DNA from: Gemmatimonadota bacterium
GTDB lineage: Bacteria > Gemmatimonadota > Gemmatimonadetes > Gemmatimonadales > GWC2-71-9
Direction of reading: 5' to 3'
NCBI GenBank assembly: GCA_039586365.1
Contig: JBDHKN010000005.1
Span: 64,001-128,000, forward strand
DNA length: 64,000 bases
The notes below the pieces were generated by a model. It was not told where the DNA came from. It ran no database searches and saw only the letters and a program-made list of their open reading frames with translations. The translations under genes and the position numbers were made by a program. Positions 1 to 7,813 of the stretch are shown in pieces (the first letter of the stretch is position 1; each line of letters begins with the position of its first letter).

Positions 1-598
1 AATAGCTGAAGAACGGCTGCCCCGCCGTCTGCAGCAGATTGCGGCCAACTAGTTCCGGACTGTCCTGGTTCACTTGCTTGAACAGCGCGAAATCATCGGT
101 CCTGGCAGTAGACGAATCCCGGTCAAAGAAGAACACGATCGTCTCGGCCGGGGAGTTACCGACTCCACCGATCGCCTGATAGGACGCAGCTGGATAGACA
201 TTGGCGCTGTGCGGTATGGTGATTGGCGTGGCTGTCGTCAGCGCAGCCACCGAGCCGGTAGGGGCGTCGGGATCGTAGTAGACCGCCCAAACGTCATTCG
301 CCACGTTGGTCGCGTAGTCAGCATTGAAGGCGACCACGTCTTCATCGATGTAGATGAGGAACGGCTGGTTGCCCGGCACGTTCGATCCTGCGGTGCGGAG
401 GTCGAGTTCCAACACGTTGGTCGTGAACCGCAGATTCTGTAGCGCGTCCATTTGCTCCGAGCCCAGGCGGAATCCGCGACTCTGCGAAAGCATCGCTGAC
501 AACGCAGTAGCCACGATCAGACCGAACACTATCAGTGCGATCATCAGCTCCGGCAGTGTCATTCCCTGCTCGCTTGGCCTCAACGTAGAGCATCTCAT
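1..598 (-). CDS. Type IV minor pilin, PilW-like (runs off the window's left edge)
   Basis: Not in the ORF track; translated by hand: MRCSTLRPSEQG|MTLPELMIALIVFGLIVATAL...QNLRFTTNVLELDLRTAG. Class III signal peptide with E5. The ATG overlaps the stop of the upstream pilV (ATGA). Open to position 1. Confidence 0.85.
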   Translation of the reverse strand, partial: MRCSTLRPSEQGMTLPELMIALIVFGLIVATALSAMLSQSRGFRLGSEQMDALQNLRFTTNVLELDLRTAGSNVPGNQPFLIYIDEDVVAFNADYATNVANDVWAVYYDPDAPTGSVAALTTATPITIPHSANVYPAASYQAIGGVGNSPAETIVFFFDRDSSTARTDDFALFKQVNQDSPELVGRNLLQTAGQPFFSY

Positions 599-975
599 GG
601 TGCAGCCACGGTGACTGATCGGGACACCGGCTGAGCCAACCCGGGACCTTGGACCGATACTGTGATCTTCTTGTGATCGGTCGTCTGACCGAGACCTCCC
701 ACGCGGACTATGGTGGTCGTCCGCGTGAATCCAGGGAGAGAGGCGAAGCCGCTCTCGGTCCCGCTGTAGGTAGTGTCCAACCCCCCGTAGTTCGGATCCA
801 TCTGAATCTGATCGATCCGACTATCGACAAGCTGTAATGCAGAGGCTTTGCGATCGCCTACTGTGACGATGTGCAGAAACGAGCCTGTCGTGCTCCCCAG
901 AGCCAAGATCACGGTGCTGATGACAATCAGGGCCATGAGCACCTCAACCAGGGTGAATCCGCGTTCCGTCTTCAT
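595..975 (-). CDS. Type IV minor pilin, PilV-like
   Basis: MKTERG|FTLVEVLMALIVI prepilin motif. Start placed at ATG 975, giving a TGATG overlap with the upstream gene. Confidence 0.85.
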   Translation of the reverse strand: MKTERGFTLVEVLMALIVISTVILALGSTTGSFLHIVTVGDRKASALQLVDSRIDQIQMDPNYGGLDTTYSGTESGFASLPGFTRTTTIVRVGGLGQTTDHKKITVSVQGPGLAQPVSRSVTVAAP

Positions 976-1559
976 CAGAAGCCTCGTTGCCACACGCCGC
1001 TGTAACGGTGCCATGAGACGCGTCCGGTGGACCGCTCGACCTCGAGCAACCGCGTGTCGGTCGCGTGAGCACCACTGAGGGTCGCTCGACGCGAGGTTAA
1101 ATACACACCACCACGCTCACTTGCGCTCCCGTTGCGATGGTAGGTGAGCGCCGGTAATCCAGTGAACTTCTTCTTGAAGGTGACCGGCCCCGGGCCCACG
1201 GGATGGGCTGGCGCTCCCCCGGCAGACAGAACCACCTGTTCTCCCAGAGCTACTCCGCGGGTTCGTTCACCGGCATCGAGCAGCCCATTGTTATTGGCAT
1301 CCTCGATCACGCGAATCGCGTTGGTTCCCGCATCGAATGTGATGACCACGTCGTGTTGCGCAGTCACTGCACGACGCTGTGCAGACAGCAGAGTGGTGCC
1401 TACACCTCGCATTGAGCTTTCAATCCGGTACTTCGTGTAATCGAATCGGGGCAGTGCGAAGGCGGCCACTAAACCGATGATTACCACCACGATGAGGAGT
1501 TCGATCAGCGTTACGCCAGCCCGATTGGGTGGTCTCAAATGCAGTACTACAAACGCCAT
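975..1559 (-). CDS. Type IV minor pilin, FimT/GspH-like
   Basis: NRAG|VTLIELLIVVVIIGLVAAFALP prepilin motif and C-terminal TGRV. ATG 1559 is preceded by an AGGAG RBS. Confidence 0.85.
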   Translation of the reverse strand: MAFVVLHLRPPNRAGVTLIELLIVVVIIGLVAAFALPRFDYTKYRIESSMRGVGTTLLSAQRRAVTAQHDVVITFDAGTNAIRVIEDANNNGLLDAGERTRGVALGEQVVLSAGGAPAHPVGPGPVTFKKKFTGLPALTYHRNGSASERGGVYLTSRRATLSGAHATDTRLLEVERSTGRVSWHRYSGVWQRGF

Positions 1560-1562
1560 AGT

Positions 1563-1665
1563 TGCTCCTGGTAGCTCGGCTGCCGTTTCCAAGACCTGCC
1601 GTCTGGCTAACGACCCGTGGCTTTGCGTCCCACGGTTACCCGTGGTTTGCCCTTTTCAGCAAGCA
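1563..1665 (-). ncRNA. c-di-GMP-I (GEMM-I) riboswitch
   Basis: Minus strand reads GAAAAGGGCAAACCACGG-GTAA-CCGTGGGACGCAAAGCCACGGGTCGTT...AACGGCAGCCGAGCTACC. This has the hallmark GGCAAACC / GNRA loop / GGACGCAAAGC / TACC elements. P1 (UGCUUGCUG / CAGGAGCA) can form. Confidence 0.92.
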
Positions 1666-1951
1666 GCATAGCCGGTGGTGTGCAACCTTGCGGAAGCTGC
1701 GCCTCATTGTCCGGAGGCTACGACAGCCGCGAAGACCTACTGCGCCACTTTCAACATGGTCGTTTCGCCCCTGCAATCACCGTGTGCCACGTCACAGTCC
1801 ACGTACACCTAATATCCTCGTCAGTCACGCGTTTGGCGAGAGTTGGTGGAGTCCGCAACCGACAACGCGATTGCAGGACAAGCACCAGATTCCAGACATT
1901 TGGACCCGCAACATGGACGAACGGCCCGGCGGCACTTAGCTTATCGCAACG

Positions 1952-2815
1952 ATGGCGGACTACGGACTCGTTATTTCGGACCCACCACAGGGTGACGTTG
2001 ACTTTCGCCAAGCGGCTCCCTGTTTCGGCCTGACCCCCGCCGAAGTACGGATGAAGGCCAACTATCAGGTCCCCGAGATCTGGATCGCCGACGTGGACGA
2101 GCAGAAGGTAGAGGCGACCGTCGGACTCCTGCGAAAGGCGGGACTCAGAGTCGCGCACCGCTCGGGAAAGGATCTTCAGAGCATACCGGCCCCCCAAATG
2201 GTGCGATCGTTCCAGTTTGCGGCGAACGGACTCCGAATCAGTCTGGATGGCGGGGAGGCCGAGATCAGCTACGATGCCCCCATGGTCGGGATCTTCTGCC
2301 AACCGCTTCGCAGCGGCTTCGACAGCCGACCAGCGGGACATGACTCCCTCAAGGACCGCATGGCTCACGGCGGTATCGCGCTGGGAGATTCCAAGCGTGG
2401 ATCCAGCTTGGAAGGCATGCTAGCAGCCAAACGACCGCACCTCGAGGAAGCCCCGTTCTTCGATATCTACGAGCTGAAGGATGGCGGAATGATGCGACTG
2501 TCAGTGATCCAGGATGTCGTTGACTTCTCTGGGTTGCCGACGACGCACCGGCGGGCCGCGGACAACATGGCGCTGTTCGTCGCCGAGTGCGCCGATCGGT
2601 TAGTTGAGGCCCGAATCGACCGGCGTCTCGTGGGAATGCGCTGGCGCAGACGGCCGCCGGTGAGCGCCCCACTTCGTGAAGACAGTCGCCGCAAGGGCTT
2701 CTCCTTTGCCACCGCAAAACTGTCACAGCTCCTGGAGTCGATCTCACCTGAGTTGCGGGACGTGAGCGACCCGGACCTCTCATCCAGGCTGGCATATCTC
2801 ACGAGCCGCTCGTAG
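1952..2815 (+). CDS. Hypothetical protein (287 aa) between the two pilin cassettes
   Basis: Long ORF with protein-like composition that fills the gap between the cassettes. No recognised motif. Confidence 0.7.
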   Translation: MADYGLVISDPPQGDVDFRQAAPCFGLTPAEVRMKANYQVPEIWIADVDEQKVEATVGLLRKAGLRVAHRSGKDLQSIPAPQMVRSFQFAANGLRISLDGGEAEISYDAPMVGIFCQPLRSGFDSRPAGHDSLKDRMAHGGIALGDSKRGSSLEGMLAAKRPHLEEAPFFDIYELKDGGMMRLSVIQDVVDFSGLPTTHRRAADNMALFVAECADRLVEARIDRRLVGMRWRRRPPVSAPLREDSRRKGFSFATAKLSQLLESISPELRDVSDPDLSSRLAYLTSRS

Positions 2816-2912
2816 CTACTAGACAAGAAGCACCATGAGTAGTGACGAAACCGCCGGTCGGCTCCTTCAGCTCGACCGGCGGCTTCACAACGCGCAATGG
2901 GATCACACTATA

Positions 2913-4037
2913 TCAATAGGAGTACAACCAGCCCCTCGAACGCAGCATTGCGCCCGGGGCCGCATTGGTCAAGACCCGTGCCACCGCACAACTCGAGTAC
3001 TGGACCAGAGCGTCACCCAGGATTGAGTTGTCATCCAGGTCGACATTGGCGGCCATCACTGCACCGTTGAAGTGTCCGCCGGTACCCGTCGTCTTGAGCA
3101 CCCCTCTTGTGACTACGATGCCAAAGAACTCAAAACCACCTTGGACCGATAGGTTACCGTCCACCAGCAGAATGCCTTGTCCGTAGCCACCGCTGATACT
3201 CAGGTTCCCCTCCACGTACATGATGGGGAAATAGCCACCGCACGCTGACGCCGGCGCGAGAGGATCGCCCCAGTTGTCCTCGGTGGCAAGAATACACGCT
3301 CCTCCCTGGATGTCCGGCCCGATGCCCGTATGGGTGCCGGGTGTCACCAGCTTGTTCCTCATCAAGACGAGAGCGTCCCAGTCCATGTCGCCATATTGGA
3401 AGAAAGTCGTGCTGTCGATCGTGGCGTCTTCGCTGACCGGCGGCGACCCTGCGATACACGAGTAACTCGGCCCTGCGCAACTTCCTTGGCCATGGAGCTC
3501 ACCCGGAGGCAGCCGTATCCCCGACATGTTCGTGTCCGGATGGCAGTTCATCCATGCGGTCGGATCAGTGTTGGTCCCGTCCACTTTCGCATTGCCACCG
3601 ATCTTGGTTGTTCCTTGGGTCGTGAGCGCGGCCTGCACGTCCATGTCGATCGTGCGCAACCTGACCAAGGCTCCTATGCTCTGCTGTGTTCTGCTGCCCG
3701 CGTCCTGGCCGGTGATATCCACCACAAACAACTCGTTGTTGAGCCTGGTAACCGTGCCGGCATAGCTACCCGATCCACCAGCAGGAGAGCCGTTCACAGC
3801 CACCGAAGAGTCCACGGCGAGCATATTGTAGATGCCAGGTTCCCAGTTCCCAACGGTTTCGCTCAGCCCGTGTTCTGCCACGGCAAACGCCTGTGCCGAC
3901 CGTCGTGTTGAGTTGGCATCCCGCCGCTCCATGACGCCCGACACGACGAACCCGGTGATGACGGTACCGGTCACCACCAAACCTATGATAGCGACCAAAA
4001 GCACCATGCCTCTTTCATTCTTAAAGTACTTCGTCAT
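2913..4037 (-). CDS. PilX/GspK-like large minor pilin with C-terminal beta-repeat domain
   Basis: NERG|MVLLVAIIGLVV prepilin lacking E5 (typical of PilX), AFAVAEHG motif, Gly-rich VxGNL repeats. AGGA upstream. Confidence 0.85.
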   Translation of the reverse strand: MTKYFKNERGMVLLVAIIGLVVTGTVITGFVVSGVMERRDANSTRRSAQAFAVAEHGLSETVGNWEPGIYNMLAVDSSVAVNGSPAGGSGSYAGTVTRLNNELFVVDITGQDAGSRTQQSIGALVRLRTIDMDVQAALTTQGTTKIGGNAKVDGTNTDPTAWMNCHPDTNMSGIRLPPGELHGQGSCAGPSYSCIAGSPPVSEDATIDSTTFFQYGDMDWDALVLMRNKLVTPGTHTGIGPDIQGGACILATEDNWGDPLAPASACGGYFPIMYVEGNLSISGGYGQGILLVDGNLSVQGGFEFFGIVVTRGVLKTTGTGGHFNGAVMAANVDLDDNSILGDALVQYSSCAVARVLTNAAPGAMLRSRGWLYSY

Positions 4038-4052
4038 AGTCTCTCGATCCTG

Positions 4053-4922
4053 CTAGAATCTCGGATTGTTACGCAGCGCCACCCGTGAAATCAGCGAGTC
4101 GCGCGCGAAGTCGGTCGTGGCCACACTCTGTCGTACCCGATTGCGGGATTCGCCCCGCAACAGCACCGCGATACTTGCGATGTCGGTGATTGTTCCCGCG
4201 GCGGCGCCGGTACTGTCGAAATAGGCCAGCGTCATCCCGCCGGCGGCGAGCGGCCCTACGAGGGGAAGCGGTGTGGTCCAGGCGCCCGCACGACTGGCGG
4301 TGCGCTGGGCCAGCCACCAACGTCCGCCGGTTGAAAGAAGCGTGAGCTCCTCCAGTTGAAACCCCCGAAGCGGGCTTCCCAAGGTCACCCCGGCCACCAC
4401 CGCGGCTGAGCCTCCGGCAAGTAGCGGAATCTCCACCGACAGATCGGCTGAGGGAGAACCGTCCGCGCAGTTACCGGCAGCCACCGCGGTCACACCCCCT
4501 GCCAGCCAGGCATCGTCGGCTCTGGTGGTCGGATCGCCGTCAACGAAGACGAACACCGAGTCCAGGGCCGCGCTTGGGCCACGGACTCCATAGATGAGGT
4601 CCCGTCTGACAGGCATTGTGACAACCGTCATTGATGCTGCCACGGGCGCGGTGCAGAGAATCCCCGTCCAGCGCATGCTGCGGAACTGCAGCTGTGTCCC
4701 GGTTGCCACGACGATGTCATTCTCGGCTGCGTTCAGCTCCCGTATCACACTGGCTAAGTAGCCAACGCCTGCGCGGAGGTTCTGTCGCACGTCAACCTGC
4801 TGAGTACCGGCCTGGGTAGCCCTTTGGGTATTCACAATTGCTTGAAAGACCACGGTGGCCACTGCCGCGCCCAACCCTAAGGCCATTATCAACTCGATCA
4901 GCGAGAAACCGTTCCGATTCAT
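4053..4922 (-). CDS. Type IV minor pilin, PilW-like
   Basis: MNRNG|FSLIELIMAL...QNLRAG and C-terminal VALRN. ATG 4922 overlaps the upstream stop (ATGA). Confidence 0.85.
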   Translation of the reverse strand: MNRNGFSLIELIMALGLGAAVATVVFQAIVNTQRATQAGTQQVDVRQNLRAGVGYLASVIRELNAAENDIVVATGTQLQFRSMRWTGILCTAPVAASMTVVTMPVRRDLIYGVRGPSAALDSVFVFVDGDPTTRADDAWLAGGVTAVAAGNCADGSPSADLSVEIPLLAGGSAAVVAGVTLGSPLRGFQLEELTLLSTGGRWWLAQRTASRAGAWTTPLPLVGPLAAGGMTLAYFDSTGAAAGTITDIASIAVLLRGESRNRVRQSVATTDFARDSLISRVALRNNPRF

Positions 4923-5296
4923 CGTAGGCATGTCAGTGCCTTCTCCAATGTGTCCGTACGAGATCGTCCCACAGCAAGTGGATACGTGGAAGTCAGAGTG
5001 ATGTGCCGGACCGGTGTCGTGACAGTGCCGTCGACCGTCCACGCGAGGTTGTACAATCCCTCCTGTACCTCACTGCCGTTGCCTATCCCGTCGCAGCCCA
5101 GGGCCTCGAGCTGCTCGAGACGCTGGTGGGCATAGTACGCAGCCGCTATCTCGCGATCTGATTCTCCCAGTGTCCGGATCACGGAGGCTGTCGCCCCTAG
5201 CATTCCGAGTAAGCCAATCGCGAGCACAACGATCGCGATTAGGACTTCCACCAAAGTGAACCCCGCCTGGCGTTCCGGTTTCTCGATCCGGGTCAC
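4919..5296 (-). CDS. Type IV minor pilin, PilV-like
   Basis: RQAG|FTLVEVLIAIVVLAIGLLG. GTG start in a GTGA overlap. Confidence 0.85.
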   Translation of the reverse strand: MTRIEKPERQAGFTLVEVLIAIVVLAIGLLGMLGATASVIRTLGESDREIAAAYYAHQRLEQLEALGCDGIGNGSEVQEGLYNLAWTVDGTVTTPVRHITLTSTYPLAVGRSRTDTLEKALTCLR

Positions 5297-5769
5297 CACG
5301 TGGCCCATCCTATTGGAGAGATTGCCAGCGTATCGGAATGGCCGCCCTTGCCAAACTTCATTACGATCCAACCCGGGGAGGACCCCAAGCCATTGGGATT
5401 GAAGATCACAGAGTCACCGCTAGTAGACACGGTCACGCCAAACCGGTTCCCCAGGTCTTGCACGCCACCAATCGTGTCCACCCCAACTCCCCCTACAGTG
5501 CAACTGGTGACCCATATCTGCGCATTGGCGCCGCTCGTCATGTGCAGTGCACTTCTGCAACCTCGATTGGCTGCGGTACCGCGAGCCCGCGCCAGTTGAG
5601 TCGTGACGGAACGCCTGGCTCCACGAACCGCTTCGCTCGCCATGCCCTTTTTCGCCGTTGGAATGGCCACCGCCGACACTATACCGACGATTGCTAGCGA
5701 TACCATCAGCTCAGTGAGCGTCAATCCCGCGCGACTGCGAACAGCTGAGCGACCTCGCATTTGCTCCAT
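5293..5769 (-). CDS. Type IV minor pilin, FimT/GspH-like
   Basis: RAG|LTLTELMVSLAIVGIVSAVAIP, LARAR..A and FNPNG. GGAGG RBS before ATG 5769. Confidence 0.85.
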   Translation of the reverse strand: MEQMRGRSAVRSRAGLTLTELMVSLAIVGIVSAVAIPTAKKGMASEAVRGARRSVTTQLARARGTAANRGCRSALHMTSGANAQIWVTSCTVGGVGVDTIGGVQDLGNRFGVTVSTSGDSVIFNPNGLGSSPGWIVMKFGKGGHSDTLAISPIGWATW

Positions 5770-5819
5770 CAGTGCCTCCGTCCCCGTGAGCCCGTGAACA
5801 GCATCCCATCCAGCTGAGA

Positions 5820-5835
5820 GGCAACACGAATGCCA
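5820..5835 (-). promoter_or_regulatory. sigma54 -24/-12 promoter for the second pilin cassette
   Basis: TGGCATTCGTGTTGCC has exact GG-N10-GC spacing and lies ~50 nt upstream of the fimT start. Confidence 0.75.
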
Positions 5836-6114
5836 CCGATGAGGGAACCGGGCTCCACGACGTACATTGTTGAACAAGGCCAACTTAGCGGGTGTGACCC
5901 AACTCAATCAGTGGGGCAAATCACATTTATGGCCTGCTCGATATGCCAACCGTCAGGCTATTTGCGAATCCTGAGAACCGAACATCTACCGCAGGGAGGA
6001 CTCTGCGTTGGCGAACTCTGACACTTAGCGCAACCAACTGGAGCTGTGACGCATCTAAATTGATAGCCAAACCGGTGAAACCAGCGCCGAGGAAGCGCGT
6101 AGTGACATATAGGC

Positions 6115-6226
6115 AGAGAGCTGCGCCGTGCTGAGCAGCTTGCCGCCAGGCAGGCTACAATCGTCAGGGAGGGGACGATCGGGACCAAGCTAGCCCGGCT
6201 CAGCACGGCGCAGCTCTCTCTTTTTT
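6115..6226. repeat. Perfect 22-bp inverted repeat with a structured 61-nt interior and a trailing T-tract
   Basis: AGAGAGCTGCGCCGTGCTGAGC (6115-6136) and its exact reverse complement (6198-6219), followed by CTTTTTT. Confidence 0.85.
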
Positions 6227-6286
6227 GGATTCGTTGCGGAGGCGGAGGTTTGTTCGCCGCTACAGCTTAGCCTCCCGAGTCGATCT

Positions 6287-7693
6287 CTAAGGACTCACCG
6301 GCAGGGCGAACTCTTGCGACAGTCTGGCAACCTGTGCTCGGACCGAGTCTCGCGACGATCCTCCCGCCGTGGCCCTACGCTCGACCGAGTTCTCCCACGA
6401 ACGCCTGCGCGCCAGGATCTCTGGGAGCGACTTGTGAACGCTCGCCGCCGTCCCCACCGGCACGTCCGTAAGCGTAACGCCGAGGGACTCCGCAGCTCGT
6501 ACCAGATTGCCTACCAACTGGTGAGCCTGACGGAACGGTACTCCCGCCACGGCCAAGTCGTCAGCCAAGTCGGTGGCCAGCAGAGAGGCGTCAAGGGCCT
6601 GCGACATTATCTCCGGCAGGGGTTCCATCTCTGCCACGGCCCCACCTAGGGCTGGTAGCGTGAGCAAAATGGTGTCGACGGCGTCGAACAGCGGAGCTTT
6701 GTCTTCCTGGAGGTCTTTGCTGTAGCCGGCTGGCAGACCGCGCACCAGCGAGAGGATACTCACCAGATCACCCACCAAACGAGATTGCTTCGCCCGCGCG
6801 ATCTCGAGCACATCTGGATTGCGCTTCTGCGGCAGCAAACTCGATCCAGTGCAGTACGAGTCGGATAGCCGCACGAAGCCGTATTCAGAGGAGGTGTACG
6901 TGAACAGCTCACCTGCCAGGCGGGAAGCGTGCGTCGCGACGAGGGCAAGCACAAAGATGAACTCTGCCACGTAGTCGCGGGAGCCCGTCGCATCAAGCCC
7001 GTTTGAGGCTACGCGCTGGAACCCGAGCGACTGCCGCAGCAACTCGCGATCGACCGCGATTGCTGAGCCGGCCAAGGCAGCGGAGCCGAGTGGCAGCTCC
7101 GAGATGCGATCGGCGGCAGCTGCCAGACGCTGCCGATCGCGCACCAGCGGCCAGGCATGTCCCAGCAGCACATATGCCCATCGGATCGGCTGGGCGCGTT
7201 GGCCGTGGGTGTAGCCCGGCAGGATGAGATCCACTCCCCGCTCGGCCTGGGATACTAGTGCCCGGCCCAGCACGGCGATCTCCCGGTCCACGGCACCGAT
7301 CGCATCCAGGCACCAGAGTCTGAGATCCGTGGCCACCTGGTCGTTGCGTGATCGACCCGTGTTGAGCTTCCCGGCTAACTCACCCACTTCCTCGTATAGA
7401 AGCCGCTCAACCAGCGTGTGGACGTCTTCGTCTTGGGCCCCGTCGCCGGCCCCTCCAGCCAGTCGCGCGGAAACGCGATCCAGGCCCTCCGCGAGTGCTG
7501 CCCGCTCCTCCGCGTCGAGTAAACTTGCGCCCGCCAAGCCGTCAACCCAAGCTGCCGCGACCCGAACGTCGTAGGGCCACAGTCGGTAGTCCACAGAGAG
7601 GCTCTCATTCAGCTTGACTAACGCCTCGTGGGGCCTTGCCTGGAATCGGCCTCCCCAGAGCTGATGCGATTCGATAGTCGGCTCCGTACTCAA
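6287..7693 (-). CDS. argH: Argininosuccinate lyase
   Basis: LWGGRF, TGRSRNDQV, PGYTH, TGSSLLPQKRNPD and KDLQEDK motifs. Confidence 0.97.
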   Translation of the reverse strand: MSTEPTIESHQLWGGRFQARPHEALVKLNESLSVDYRLWPYDVRVAAAWVDGLAGASLLDAEERAALAEGLDRVSARLAGGAGDGAQDEDVHTLVERLLYEEVGELAGKLNTGRSRNDQVATDLRLWCLDAIGAVDREIAVLGRALVSQAERGVDLILPGYTHGQRAQPIRWAYVLLGHAWPLVRDRQRLAAAADRISELPLGSAALAGSAIAVDRELLRQSLGFQRVASNGLDATGSRDYVAEFIFVLALVATHASRLAGELFTYTSSEYGFVRLSDSYCTGSSLLPQKRNPDVLEIARAKQSRLVGDLVSILSLVRGLPAGYSKDLQEDKAPLFDAVDTILLTLPALGGAVAEMEPLPEIMSQALDASLLATDLADDLAVAGVPFRQAHQLVGNLVRAAESLGVTLTDVPVGTAASVHKSLPEILARRRSWENSVERRATAGGSSRDSVRAQVARLSQEFALPVSP

Positions 7694-7813
7694 GCTCCGT
7701 GTCTCAGACGGCTACACTACGCTGCTTCCTGGTCTGCGGCAGTGACAAACTCGGACGTGATCATCTTGCATTGTGGTCGTAGAGAATAACTCCTGCGAGG
7801 TTCTACAGCGCCC

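Noticed and set aside
1658..1790. sigma54-like motifs upstream of pilin cassette A (GGCTATGCTGCTTGC and TGGCACACGGTGATTGC, minus strand)
   Set aside because: GG-to-GC spacing is 11 and 12 nt instead of the strict 10, and the first motif overlaps the riboswitch P1.
5905..6100. Second c-di-GMP riboswitch near cassette B (GGGCAAATC, GCCAAACCGGTGAAACC)
   Set aside because: No paired P2 and no GGACGCAAA junction; also on the wrong strand for the pilin genes.
6115..6226. SRP RNA or tRNA identity for the inverted repeat
   Set aside because: No SRP helix-8 motif, no cloverleaf and no T-loop.
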